This document shows positions 1 to 9,700 of a stretch of DNA of 48,445 bases, in pieces. The position numbers and the translations under genes are program-made. Every line of letters begins with the position of its first letter. The first letter of the stretch is position 1. The stretch is from an uncultured Nitrososphaerota archaeon. Lineage in GTDB: Archaea; Korarchaeota; Korarchaeia; Korarchaeales; Korarchaeaceae. The DNA lies in assembly GCA_964618805.1 (NCBI GenBank), contig CAZUBM010000016.1, positions 1-48,445 of the forward strand, given 5' to 3'. The notes under the pieces were generated by a model, which was given only the letters and a program-made list of their open reading frames with translations, searched no databases and was not told the origin of the DNA.

Positions 1-412
1 CCTCTCAATTCTCTCTCTGGACAGTCCCAACCTTCCATCATTCATATCTATGGCAAGGGTTCTATTCGATGAAGTCTTGAGATAAAGAGTGTCTTGCAGT
101 CCATTCCACCACCAGTCCTTGACTCTCTCACTCCATAGGATTCTCCCCAGAAGAGGATATGCAGTATATTGTCCATGAATCCTTGTTTAAAGCCAAAACA
201 CTTTTTCTAGTCTAAGAAGTATATTGCATTTATTTCCAGATTCCAAACCTCTTTTCCATTGAGATCAATTGCCAAGAGATCATCTCCTAGCAAGTAGGTC
301 TTATCTGTGATCAATACATCCTTGAACATCTGGTTGAACAGCTTTCTACCAACGACTTCTCCTTCCTTTTCCAATCGGTATACTAAAGTGTATGCAAACT
401 CTTCTCCTCTTT
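1..412 (-). pseudogene. Degraded PQQ/WD40-like beta-propeller gene remnant (runs off window start)
   Basis: Hand translation of the minus strand gives ...LLAIDLNGKEVWNLEINAIYFLD* (TAG at 207-209), then CISSSG / RILWSERVKDWWW with a frameshift near 140-150, then TLAIDMNDGRL. These are propeller-blade-like motifs interrupted by a stop and a frameshift. Confidence 0.5.
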
Positions 413-600
413 GTTAAAAAACACTACTCCCTATTAAGTATCATCGTCGAAAGCTTCGCAAATGTCGAGAACATCTAGAAAGGGCTCATAGAGACGAACT
501 CCTTAAAGCCAATGAAAACCCTAATCTGAAATGGAACAATTTAATGAGATTACGCCACTCTATAAGTTAGTTATTTCTAAGCGGTTGAAAATAAAAATCG

Positions 601-670
601 CTCAGAAAAGCTATGAAATGGTTGCAATACCAAGGAAGATAGAGATCTTATTGTGTCGCAGGTTCTTAGC
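601..670. repeat. Copy 1 of a ~70-bp dispersed direct repeat (copy 2 at 2423-2491; 22-bp partial copy at 10851-10872)
   Basis: 620-670 and 2441-2491 match at 48/51 nt, and weaker similarity extends about 19 nt further left. Confidence 0.9.
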
Positions 671-826
671 CTTATGAAGACCTATGAACTCACCTCAATA
701 TTTGATGCAATTTACGCGGCCACAGCCTTAAGCCCAAAGACCACGGACAATAAAATAATATCTTCTGACGGCATATATGACAAGATAAAGGGTATAGAAA
801 GGGTTGATCCCAGAGAACTTGTGTAG
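617..826 (+). pseudogene. vapC: C-terminal fragment of a VapC/PIN toxin
   Basis: Hand translation: LSLMKTYELTSIFDAIYAATALSPKTTDNKIISSDGIYDKIKGIERVDPRELV*. It has the PIN D-A-x-x-x-A and S-x-D motifs, but the N-terminal half and start codon are missing (in-frame TGA at 614). Confidence 0.75.
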
Positions 827-933
827 GAACCCTGGTAATTGGCTATATGAGGGATGAGAAAATAATGCTGCGCGTTCCCTGGTATCTTGTTGGATATGTG
901 CTTACATGCGCGTCAATCCAGTTTATACCTTGC

Positions 934-2382
934 TTAAAGAGATAAATATCTCCTTACTAAGAGATATATGACGCTCAACGCCAGAAAAAGCAGTACAGTA
1001 GCCAGAAATTGGACATCCCATAAGGCAGATCTTGGTCCTCCGGGTCCCCCACCTCTTAGCTCTATAGCTTTGTTAAGTTCTTGCATCAAATCCTCGAACT
1101 TCTCCCCATCATAGCTGAGGAGATAGCCCCATCTACGGCTCGTGAATGAAGAGCGATGCCTTCCAGCGATGAGCCACCTCCCATCACCCCACGCTACCTC
1201 TCCTAAATCAATGGGCCAGCGAGATCCCCTAAACCCTATCAGAGAAAAATCCTCAGGGGCCTGTACAAGTTCTACACCCTTTCCATCATACTTCACGAGG
1301 CAGGCTTCTGTAGGGATGTTAGAGATGAGCTTTCTATAGGAGATTAGCCAGTACTCACCGTTCCAATCGGCGGAATATGGAATAAAAGACCCTAGACCCA
1401 GATTGGAGAGGTCTGCAGCTAGCTCTAGCTTAGAACCTTCAAGCCTCAACAGCCTTCCCTTGGTGCAGATTAACCAGTACTCACCGTTCCAGTATATTCT
1501 ACCCCAGTCAAGCTGAAGAAGGTTTGAATCGGCTTTAACCTCCTCGAATTCCTTGCCATTGAAGAGAAGAAGCTTTCCAGTGGAGGTAAGGGAAACCCAG
1601 TGAGTTCCGTTCGAAAGTTCCCTCCAGAAAGAGGGCCAGGATTTTGGAGGAGTCCTCCATAAAGAGATGTTCTCAGGAAGGGTCCAGCTCAGGTTGACAA
1701 GATCGCTCCCATCGTACAGGTAAAGGGCATGGCAAAAATGCTCCTTGTATGGAGGAGAGACCTTCTCATTCAAAGGAAGCTCACATGAGATGTAGATCAG
1801 ACATGCGCTACCGTTCGTAATTAACTCAACTCTTAGGGGCATTCCATCGCAATAAGTCCTTTTCTCTCGTGGAAGAAGGTCCAAAGCATTTTCGACAAGA
1901 ACCCTTATCTCCGCTCCATCCCAGATAAGTATCGAGTAGTTGGAGGTGTATGGAACCTGATTTAGCAGCAGGCATATGTTTGAGGCATAGCTTACCTTAA
2001 CTATCTCGTTGAAAGGACTATATCTGAGCTCCACCAACTTCTTTCCATCATAAACAAAGGCAGCGCAGTAGTAAACGCCGCTTGTTCCCAGCCAGTATTT
2101 TCCCGTCCAAATTAAGTAGGGGTGGACTCCCTCAATGTCAACCCTCCCCACAACGCTGAAATTTGAGCCATCAAGCCTAACAAGCCAACCGTCTGAGGTA
2201 CCAATGAGCCAGTACTTCCCGTTCCAGCCAATTGTAGTGATGCTCCGGGCCTCTCCCTGTACTTGCCAGATGTCGTAATCAACGGAGTTCCAAGTTCTCC
2301 CTATGAGCCATCCTATCTCAGGAACTGCAAGCGCTCCCATTGCTAGACACGCTAGAAGGAAGGAACTCCTCCCCATGAACAC
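934..2382 (-). CDS. Secreted, C-terminally membrane-anchored beta-propeller protein with WNGxYWLI repeats (paralog 1)
   Basis: N-terminal hydrophobic signal, repeated W-N/T-G-x-Y-W-L-I...Y/F-D-G blades, Gly/Pro linker, C-terminal TM helix and basic tail. The start may be ATG 2376. Confidence 0.85.
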   Translation of the reverse strand: MFMGRSSFLLACLAMGALAVPEIGWLIGRTWNSVDYDIWQVQGEARSITTIGWNGKYWLIGTSDGWLVRLDGSNFSVVGRVDIEGVHPYLIWTGKYWLGTSGVYYCAAFVYDGKKLVELRYSPFNEIVKVSYASNICLLLNQVPYTSNYSILIWDGAEIRVLVENALDLLPREKRTYCDGMPLRVELITNGSACLIYISCELPLNEKVSPPYKEHFCHALYLYDGSDLVNLSWTLPENISLWRTPPKSWPSFWRELSNGTHWVSLTSTGKLLLFNGKEFEEVKADSNLLQLDWGRIYWNGEYWLICTKGRLLRLEGSKLELAADLSNLGLGSFIPYSADWNGEYWLISYRKLISNIPTEACLVKYDGKGVELVQAPEDFSLIGFRGSRWPIDLGEVAWGDGRWLIAGRHRSSFTSRRWGYLLSYDGEKFEDLMQELNKAIELRGGGPGGPRSALWDVQFLATVLLFLALSVIYLLVRRYLSL

Positions 2383-2409
2383 ATCTTCGATGTCGATAAC
2401 TTTCTGCAG

Positions 2410-2445
2410 TTAAAAATGCTTGCTTAGAAAGCGACGAAAGGGTTG
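2410..2445 (-). promoter_or_regulatory. TATA box (TTTTTAA) with conserved upstream element CAACCCTTTCRTCGCTTTCTAA
   Basis: The TATA-like box lies about 30 nt upstream of the start. The same architecture occurs at 10837-10872 (21/22 identity in the element), with degenerate versions at ~6131-6167 and 601-623. Confidence 0.6.
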
Positions 2446-2491
2446 CAATACCAGGGAGGATAGAGACCTTATTGTGTCGCAGGTTCTTAGC
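2423..2491. repeat. Copy 2 of the ~70-bp direct repeat (includes PIN-gene-derived sequence)
   Basis: Direct alignment to 601-670. Confidence 0.9.
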
Positions 2492-2583
2492 TGCTTAAGA
2501 GAACAGAACTACTTGAACGTTCTAATTTAAAGTTGAATGGCGATGAAATCTTTTTGCGGGCTATCAGAATATAAATGGAGGGA

Positions 2584-3849
2584 TCAGTTTCTTCTTTTAA
2601 CTAGAAGGGCACATACGGCAGCAAGGACTAGGAAAATGATTAGAAGATAAGCTTTTCCAAAAACAGGTGGCTGTTCTGTGCTCGGAGGTGAGGTCGGCTC
2701 GATTTCAAATCCCTTATTGCTATACAACATAATCATTCCAACCCCCTCTGCTGAAGCGATGCCAACGGTAAGATACTCCCCATCTTTAGAGAAATCAAGA
2801 GAAATTATGGGTAAGTGACCAACAGAGATGTTCTCATCGCTCCAGAGGAGTCTTCCTTGCCTGCTGAACAAGTAAATGGACGAAAAATCGTAGTTTACCT
2901 CTGCAGCCGCTATGTACATCCCGTTGGGAGAGATCTCAACATCCACAGGCCATCTATCGTATCGCCTTTCTTGTTTCCAAAGGACAGAACCGTTCTTGTT
3001 CAGGAGATAAAAACGATGCTCGTCTGCTGCAGCTATATATGTCCCGTCAGAAGAGATCGAAACCGACGAGATCATTTGGCCGAAATGCCAGAGCAGGCCA
3101 TTCCTGTCAAAGAAAAAGAGACCTTCAGGAGCTCCCAGCGCTACGTATTTCCCGTCAGAGGAGATACGAACTTCGTTGGGGAAAGGCGCTGGTTTGATCC
3201 TCTTTTCGAAAGAGAACTTCAACGTCAAATTTCCTTTTTTGTCCAGAAGGAAAAGAGTTCGACGACCAGCAGCTGCTACATAAGCCCCATCGGACGATGT
3301 GGAGATGCTAGCTATGACATCGTTCTTGACCTCAAACCTCCAAATAAGATCTCCCTCCCTACCGTAGAGGGAAATGGAGTGATAATCATCTCTGATCAAC
3401 CGTCCTCCAGCCGCTATGTAGCTACCGTCCTGAGATATTGAAACGGAGTTGTACATCACCTCAGTGAAGTTCCACAGCAATCCTCCTTTTTCATCGAAGA
3501 GCTGAATTCCCCGATCTTCACCCACAACCATGAACTTCCCATCCTGAGATAGATCTATGCTTACCCCATAGTCTACCGTTCGCTTCCAAATCAAATCTCC
3601 TTTCGCATCGAACATGAAAACCTCGCCAAAATATAGCCATTTGTCGGCAGACTCGTTTATCACGCTAACTCCAAGAGCAATACGGCTTCCGTTGGAGGAT
3701 GCAGAAATAGAAGGTGAACCAAAGTAGTCTCTCCGTATTTCATAGGTCCAAAGGGGCTCCCTGTAAATTGGTTCTTGTGCTGTGGCCGCATCTAGCGATA
3801 TAAGTAGGACGAGAACCGAAATTAAAATAAGAGGTTTTTGAACCATCAT
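2584..3849 (-). CDS. Secreted WD40/PQQ-like beta-propeller protein with C-terminal TM anchor
   Basis: Signal peptide ending in AATA, about 7 repeats of V-S-I-S-x-D-G-x-Y-I-A...L-F/L-D/N-x-x-G-x-L-L-W, Pro/Thr/Ser linker, TM helix and KRR tail. Confidence 0.88.
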   Translation of the reverse strand: MMVQKPLILISVLVLLISLDAATAQEPIYREPLWTYEIRRDYFGSPSISASSNGSRIALGVSVINESADKWLYFGEVFMFDAKGDLIWKRTVDYGVSIDLSQDGKFMVVGEDRGIQLFDEKGGLLWNFTEVMYNSVSISQDGSYIAAGGRLIRDDYHSISLYGREGDLIWRFEVKNDVIASISTSSDGAYVAAAGRRTLFLLDKKGNLTLKFSFEKRIKPAPFPNEVRISSDGKYVALGAPEGLFFFDRNGLLWHFGQMISSVSISSDGTYIAAADEHRFYLLNKNGSVLWKQERRYDRWPVDVEISPNGMYIAAAEVNYDFSSIYLFSRQGRLLWSDENISVGHLPIISLDFSKDGEYLTVGIASAEGVGMIMLYSNKGFEIEPTSPPSTEQPPVFGKAYLLIIFLVLAAVCALLVKRRN

Positions 3850-3941
3850 CTTCTTTTAACATTTGAAAATATATATTCTTGCAAAAAGGACTATCACATT
3901 TGAAGTTAACAGAATAATCAAAGCTTATTTTTGGAAATCAA

Positions 3942-4331
3942 TTAGATATTTTCTCCGATAGAGAGAGGAAGTTTTCTAATATTGTCTAATTTAATACCAA
4001 GTGTTTGACATCTTCTCCGAAGATAGCTAAAATCGAGCTTTTCAAATTGTCTAATAAGGATCCCAACGATATCCATAATATCTTTTTCAAGACCCAATAG
4101 CAATTTATGAGCTATTAGATCCTCAGGAGAGACCAAGTTTATTTCCTTTCTATCAAACTCAATTCTCACCTTCCTACCGAAGGAGAAATCTTCCTTGGAA
4201 ATTAACATAATATGAAGCCAGAAATTAGGAGAGAGACCAAGGATTAGGCTCCTCTTTCGACGCTCTTCCAGTTCTTCTGAATCTAAGCCGACCAGAACAT
4301 CGATATCTTTAATTTTCCTAGGAAGATTCGT
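3942..4331 (-). pseudogene. Remnant of a nucleotidyltransferase (AbiEii/DUF6036-like)
   Basis: ORF 3942-4208 has the C-terminal SPEDLIAHKL...EKDIMDI...KLDFSYL signature. The upstream fragment reads PRKIKDIDV (DxD motif) in a disrupted frame. Confidence 0.6.
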
Positions 4332-4630
4332 GTATATAGATGTTCTTGTTTATACAGATGGATCGCATAAGGATCTTCTGAAAGCAGATATTTTCAATTC
4401 TAATAGGCTCTGTTTGAAAATAGATTTCATATCAACTTGTGATGAGCTACCGTTTAGGAAAAGAGTGGAAGTTACTCATAACTCTCAGACTATCTACTTT
4501 ATTCCGGTGGAGCATATACGTGAGAACTGCATTCCTGTAGCTTTTTGGAAATACTTTGCTACTCCAAGAGCATTGTCCATAGATGACTAACGTTTAAGAC
4601 AGACCTTCCAATTAAGAGTGTGAAACGATA

Positions 4631-4653
4631 TAGTCATCTTCTATAGATGACTA
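4631..4653. repeat. 9-bp perfect inverted repeat TAGTCATCT-N5-AGATGACTA just past the stop of the 4659 gene
   Basis: Read directly from the sequence. ATAGATGACTAA also occurs as a direct repeat at 4579-4590 and 4643-4654. Confidence 0.7.
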
Positions 4654-4658
4654 AGTTT

Positions 4659-6107
4659 TTACAGTATTTGCGTTTTAGCTAGCATTAAGGCGACAATTAT
4701 GATGATTAGGGAGATAACTAGAGGTAAGATGATCTCTCCTCCTCTCCCCACCTCCACTTGACTTGGGGGAGGAGACTGTATAGGCGAAACGATTACGCTC
4801 TTCCCCCTCTTAATTGCCTCATTCACCCAACCGGTTAGATCCTCAAACTTCTCTCCATCAAAACTCATGAGGTACCCCTTACTTGTCCCCCAGTATCCTC
4901 TCTCCCTAGCGCATATTAGCCAACGCCCATCGCCCCACCCGATCTCGTCTATACTTACCGCCCAGACATCCCTCAGAGAGCAAGAGAGGATCTCCGGAGG
5001 GAGAACTAACTCCCATCTTCTATCCTGGAGCTTCAGAAGATAGCTATATCCATCGGATCTAACGAAAGAAATGAGCCAGTACTCTCCGTTCCAAGCAAGG
5101 GAGCTGCAAGAAGAAGAATTCAGGGATTGGGATAGGTCGGCAACTAGCTTAAGTTCGCATCCCTCTATCTTTAAGATCCTGCCATTGGTACCGATGAGCC
5201 AGTACTTCCCGTTCCAAGCGACCTTAGCTACTTCTCCTCTAGCAAAGCTAAGGCTGAGCAGGGACTTCCCCGCCTTAACCTCCATGAACCTTCTACCATC
5301 AAAGAAGAATAGTCCCTCGATTTTCGCCGGATTTTCAACGCTTCCTAAGGAGCGGGAGGCTGGAGCTAACCAGTGAGTCCCATTTGACATTTCACCCCAT
5401 ATCTGAGGCGGCTTTTGCCAAAGCACATACCCATAAGGTATAAGCGAGCTTAGGTTCTTCGTCTCTTTGCCATCGTAAAGGTAGAGAGTCTGATCTCTAG
5501 GGTTGACGCCTCTTGCAACATATATGAGAATCGAGCTCCCATTGTCTATCAGCTCGACGCTTAAGTTGGCTTTCGAGGGCATTCCTTCAGATAATGGGAG
5601 CAGATCGTAGGCATCGCTGGTCAAGACTTGGGTCAACCCATTTTTCCATGCAATCAATGAGTAATTGATGGGATTGTATGGAATCCTGTTCAGGAGTAGG
5701 AAGACCTTGTCGAACCCCTCTGCCCTCTCGATGTCGGAGGGGGATTGCGGGATAATGGTGAGGTTCCTACCGTCATAGGCAAAGGCCTTGCAGTAGTATA
5801 TCCCGTATATCCCGAGGAAGCATTCCCCCGTCCACTTAATACCCGGATGGATGTACCCCGGAACGTGGCCAACACGCGTGAACCTCGATCCATCGAATCT
5901 GACAAGCCAGCCATCGGATGTACCGATGAGCCAGTACTCGCCGTTCCAACCGATTGTTGTGATCCTTCTGGTCTCTCCTTCTGCACGCCAACTTTCGTTC
6001 TCAAGGAAGTTCGATGTCATCCCTATAAACCTCACTACATTAGAAGCCATCAGTGCTCCAATTACCAAACACACCAAAAGGAAAGGTCTTCTCCTCCAGA
6101 AACACAT
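4659..6107 (-). CDS. WNGxYWLI beta-propeller surface protein (paralog 2)
   Basis: Collinear with 934-2382. I moved the start from 6344 to ATG 6107 (MCFWRRRPFLL) because both the signal peptide and the upstream DNA align with paralog 1. This gives 482 aa. Confidence 0.85.
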   Translation of the reverse strand: MCFWRRRPFLLVCLVIGALMASNVVRFIGMTSNFLENESWRAEGETRRITTIGWNGEYWLIGTSDGWLVRFDGSRFTRVGHVPGYIHPGIKWTGECFLGIYGIYYCKAFAYDGRNLTIIPQSPSDIERAEGFDKVFLLLNRIPYNPINYSLIAWKNGLTQVLTSDAYDLLPLSEGMPSKANLSVELIDNGSSILIYVARGVNPRDQTLYLYDGKETKNLSSLIPYGYVLWQKPPQIWGEMSNGTHWLAPASRSLGSVENPAKIEGLFFFDGRRFMEVKAGKSLLSLSFARGEVAKVAWNGKYWLIGTNGRILKIEGCELKLVADLSQSLNSSSCSSLAWNGEYWLISFVRSDGYSYLLKLQDRRWELVLPPEILSCSLRDVWAVSIDEIGWGDGRWLICARERGYWGTSKGYLMSFDGEKFEDLTGWVNEAIKRGKSVIVSPIQSPPPSQVEVGRGGEIILPLVISLIIIIVALMLAKTQIL

Positions 6108-6340
6108 CTTCAGTGTAGGAAAACTTTCAATTGATAAAAACAAATGTCTAAAACCAAAACAGGGTTGAAACTTTGAGAATAGCATTATACGATTTTTTAG
6201 AAAGCTGGAGTCGCAACAGATGTGATTCATAGTTGGGTTCTTAATCCTGGAAGCCGCCCTCCAAATCTTTTTTAATCTCATTAGCTCTTGAGTTAGGCTT
6301 TTAATAGCCTCAATCAGGGACTCGTATTTCTTGTAGCACA

Positions 6341-9109
6341 TCATGAGTACTTGACTCCTCTAAAAATCAATAGAATTGCTACAAGAGCGATTGTCGCAAA
6401 GATAACCCATATGAAATAGGCAGAAATCCCTGGGGCTTCAGGAACATTAGGAGGGGTAGATACAGCCATTTCAGCCCCTTTGTTGTAGTAAAAGAATATC
6501 TCTGCATCATGATCATAATTGACGACAGTCACGATGTACCTTCCATCTGAGGACATATCTATTGGACCGCCATAGGATCCATTCTTCGACCAAAGAAGTT
6601 CCCCTTCCTTATTATATACAAAAATCCTGTTTCCGCTTCCAGCCAAGGCATACCTTCCATCTGAAGAGATATCAACATAAACAGGTCCTCCTCCATACCT
6701 CCATAAGAGGTTTCCGTTCTTGTCCAAGAGGCTAATTAAATTCTGGAAGTCCCCAGCTACGACATAGCTTCCGTTGGAGGAGATAGAAACTGAGAAAACA
6801 TTCCAACCATACCTCCAAAGGTTATTTCCTTCATTATCAAAAAAGAATAGACCCTCAGGAACACCCAGAGCTATATAATCACCGTCGGGAGATATGAAAA
6901 CCACGCTTGGAACCCTAGATTCGGGTTTGACGATTCTTGGGACTTCGAACCTGAAGAGGAGTTCTCCCTCTTTGCTAAGTAGGTAGAGAGAATAACGACA
7001 CGCTATTGCAACATGGCTTCCGTCGGAGGAAATGGATACGTCGTCTACGGTGTCGTTAACATAGAACATCCAAATGAGGTGTCCTGATCTGTTGAATAGA
7101 CAGGCGACGTCAGACCAGCCTGATGCCCAACTGTACAGACCACCTACTGCTGTGTAGCTCCCGTCAGAGGATATGGAAACGCGAGTATAGCGAATCTTGC
7201 TGAAGTTCCACACGAGTTCTCCTCTTCTGTTAAAGAGGTAGGCTCCTTCAATGTCACCCACAGCCAAATACCTTCCATCTTGGGATAATGCCACCTCTGG
7301 AGAGGTATCCGTCAGGTGGCTCCATAGCAGCGTACCATTTGAATTGAAGAGGAATACCCTACCTGCTTCAGCAGATTTGTTTACCATGCTTACTCCTATG
7401 GCCAAATATCTTCCATCGCCAGATGTTGAGAGAGAGTTTGCCCAGATTTGGTCAGCACCCTCGATCCTGTAGCTCCAGAGAGGACTTGAACCGTTGGACA
7501 TCTGCAAAAAGGTTATGTGGAGCGGAGATAGCGCAGATATTAAGACAAGTACCAAGAGCCGCGCTCTGGATGACACATTCAAAAATTCTCCTAGCACAAT
7601 TCTCCTAGCACAGAAAATAAAGAGAGTTATAAGAACTACGGTTAGAACTAAGATTAGGATTTTTCCCTTATTTTGTCCCTCTGTACCTCCTGAAGGTTCT
7701 TCTGAGGTCTTAGGAGGAGAGCCAGTTAATTTAGGCTCAGACGCTGGAATCGTTGCACTGCCCTCTTCTATAGCCTCATTGAGCCACCTCATCACATCCT
7801 TGAAATTATTTCCATCGTAAAGGAAGAGGTAGCCTCTACCATAGTGTCCGCGTTTGTACTCACGAGCAGAAATAAGCCACCTTCCGTCGCCCCACTTGAC
7901 CATTTCTATCACTAAGGGCCACATTCTTGAAGTAGAGTTTAGGATTTCAGGCGGGGGTATGAGGACCCATTCCTGTCCATCGTACTTGACGAGATAGCTC
8001 CCTACTAGATGGCTTCCTTCTCCTAGTATAAAATAGGATATGAGCCAGTACTCCCCATTCCACGACATGGAGGTGGGATAAGCAGACTGAAGCTCTGTAT
8101 TGGAAAGATCCAATGAGAGCTCAATATCGTTTCCCCTTAAGATCAAGATCTTTTCCCCTGCACAAATGAGCCAGTAATCCCCGTTCCAGCCAACTATTGG
8201 GGGATGCTCTCCGTTTAGGTAATCGATCAGCGAGGAATCCGCTTTAACTTCAATGAACTTCCTACCATCGAACAAAAATAGATTGACTATCCTTGCTGGC
8301 TTTACAGGATCTCCCAGAAAGGTTGACGCTGGGGCAAGCCAGTGTGTCCCGTTGGACATATCGCCCCATATCTGCCTGTGTACTGCTGGGGGAGCCTGCC
8401 AAAGCACGTAGTTTCGAGGTAGCAAGGAACTCAGGTTTATCAGTTCTTTACCATCGTATAAGAACAGGGCTTGATAGGAAGGATCGTTCCTGCTTGCAGC
8501 ATAGACCAAGATCGAACTACCGTTGCTTATCAGCTCGACGCTTATTGGGCTGAAAGGGTTGGCTGAGAAGTTCACAAACCTAGAAGCTGGGAGGAGCTGA
8601 AACACGTCCTTCACCAGAACTCTCCATGAAGTACCGTTCCACGCCGATATGGAGAGGTAATTGTAGGGGTACTCCCAGTCCACTATGAGGCAGTTCTCCC
8701 CGAAGCCGGTAACCCTCTTAACCTCGCGAAATGGGCTGCTCTTGGGCAGCTTAACGAGCCTTACCCCATCGTATGCAAAGGCATTGCAGTAATATACTCC
8801 AGCTATTGCCAAGAAGTACTTACCTGTCCACTCAATGGAGTTCTCATGAATCCAGTCAGGATCAATGTATTCCACTAAGGTGAACTTAGAGTCCTTAAGC
8901 TTTACAAGGCATCCTTCGTTAAACGTCCCAATTAGCCAGTACTCGCCGTTCCAACCTATCGCTGTTACGCTCCTGGCCGAGCGTTGAGACTGGGGAATAT
9001 CCGTTAAAGAGGTACTCTCAGATTTTCCAACGAGGGTCCTTGCTTCGGGAATTATAAACAATGCAAGGATTAAGCATACCAAAAGAAGGGAAATCCTTCC
9101 CATTAACAT
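6341..9109 (-). CDS. Fusion protein: WNGxYWLI propeller (paralog 3) + two TM segments + WD40/PQQ-like propeller + TM anchor
   Basis: Residues 1-~500 are homologous to 934-2382 and 4659-6107, and residues ~515-922 are homologous to 2584-3849. The internal hydrophobic pair corresponds to the old anchor plus the old signal peptide. Confidence 0.85.
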   Translation of the reverse strand: MLMGRISLLLVCLILALFIIPEARTLVGKSESTSLTDIPQSQRSARSVTAIGWNGEYWLIGTFNEGCLVKLKDSKFTLVEYIDPDWIHENSIEWTGKYFLAIAGVYYCNAFAYDGVRLVKLPKSSPFREVKRVTGFGENCLIVDWEYPYNYLSISAWNGTSWRVLVKDVFQLLPASRFVNFSANPFSPISVELISNGSSILVYAASRNDPSYQALFLYDGKELINLSSLLPRNYVLWQAPPAVHRQIWGDMSNGTHWLAPASTFLGDPVKPARIVNLFLFDGRKFIEVKADSSLIDYLNGEHPPIVGWNGDYWLICAGEKILILRGNDIELSLDLSNTELQSAYPTSMSWNGEYWLISYFILGEGSHLVGSYLVKYDGQEWVLIPPPEILNSTSRMWPLVIEMVKWGDGRWLISAREYKRGHYGRGYLFLYDGNNFKDVMRWLNEAIEEGSATIPASEPKLTGSPPKTSEEPSGGTEGQNKGKILILVLTVVLITLFIFCARRIVLGEFLNVSSRARLLVLVLISALSPLHITFLQMSNGSSPLWSYRIEGADQIWANSLSTSGDGRYLAIGVSMVNKSAEAGRVFLFNSNGTLLWSHLTDTSPEVALSQDGRYLAVGDIEGAYLFNRRGELVWNFSKIRYTRVSISSDGSYTAVGGLYSWASGWSDVACLFNRSGHLIWMFYVNDTVDDVSISSDGSHVAIACRYSLYLLSKEGELLFRFEVPRIVKPESRVPSVVFISPDGDYIALGVPEGLFFFDNEGNNLWRYGWNVFSVSISSNGSYVVAGDFQNLISLLDKNGNLLWRYGGGPVYVDISSDGRYALAGSGNRIFVYNKEGELLWSKNGSYGGPIDMSSDGRYIVTVVNYDHDAEIFFYYNKGAEMAVSTPPNVPEAPGISAYFIWVIFATIALVAILLIFRGVKYS
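7584..7611. repeat. Perfect 2 x 14-bp tandem duplication (AATTCTCCTAGCAC) at the fusion junction
   Basis: 7584-7597 is identical to 7598-7611. Confidence 0.95.
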
Positions 9110-9202
9110 GTCATCAGTAATGGAGGATTAAAGCGGTAAAAAACTCTTGTTTAAGTTTTCCCCTAATTTGATGCTAATTTTCTGTAAGTTCCAGCTTACC
9201 GT

Positions 9203-9700
9203 TTAGTAACTTAAATTCTTCGGAGAAAGTCTTTTTCTTCTTATGAAAGACAATGTACAAGCAGTAAATCCCTTGAAAACGGAGTAAATAGGATGCATAG
9301 CTAAGGACGAAGAGACTGATATCATTGCGAGCTTTATGTATTCGACTTTATTGTTAGCTTGAATGTACTCCATCGACCCAGTAACTATAATGCCTATTAT
9401 CGAGCTGGCTACACCTCCAATTAAATCAAAGGCTAAAATAGTTCCTATTATCCTTCTATATTCTTTGTATAAATCGGTTGGTGTACAAAGCAAGTAGATA
9501 AGACCAAAGTATAAGGGAAGCTCAACATACTGATAGAAAGTCCGTAACAATGAGAACGTAACACGCTTTTTCATCCATGCTTCAGACTTCTCAGGAGGGA
9601 CGATAGGAAAAACAAACATTAGGTAGAAATTATACATATGAAGAAGAAAGCTTGTGAAACTAAACACGAACGCTACAATCATAAGACGCCTAAACATCAT
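9203..9700 (-). CDS. Small multi-pass membrane protein (about 4 TM), unknown function
   Basis: About four hydrophobic segments. ATG 9700 overlaps the upstream TGA (ATGA) and follows GGTGG, indicating translational coupling. Confidence 0.75.
   Translation of the reverse strand: MMFRRLMIVAFVFSFTSFLLHMYNFYLMFVFPIVPPEKSEAWMKKRVTFSLLRTFYQYVELPLYFGLIYLLCTPTDLYKEYRRIIGTILAFDLIGGVASSIIGIIVTGSMEYIQANNKVEYIKLAMISVSSSLAMHPIYSVFKGFTACTLSFIRRKRLSPKNLSY

Noticed and set aside
2815-3441. 208-aa plus-strand ORF, and similar antisense ORFs such as 13534-14211, 16660-17064, 22330-22728 and 33016-33402
   Set aside because: They are shadows fully overlapping well-supported genes on the opposite strand and have no recognisable motifs.
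6108-6344. 79-aa N-terminal extension of the 561-aa ORF
   Set aside because: The signal peptide and the paralog-like promoter DNA place the start at 6107. The extension is intergenic sequence that happens to be open.
934-9109. Diversity-generating retroelement or CRISPR explanation for the recurring AGCCAGTACTC-like sequences
   Set aside because: They encode the repeated WNGEYWL blades. There is no reverse transcriptase, no adenine-specific TR/VR pair and no regular spacer periodicity.
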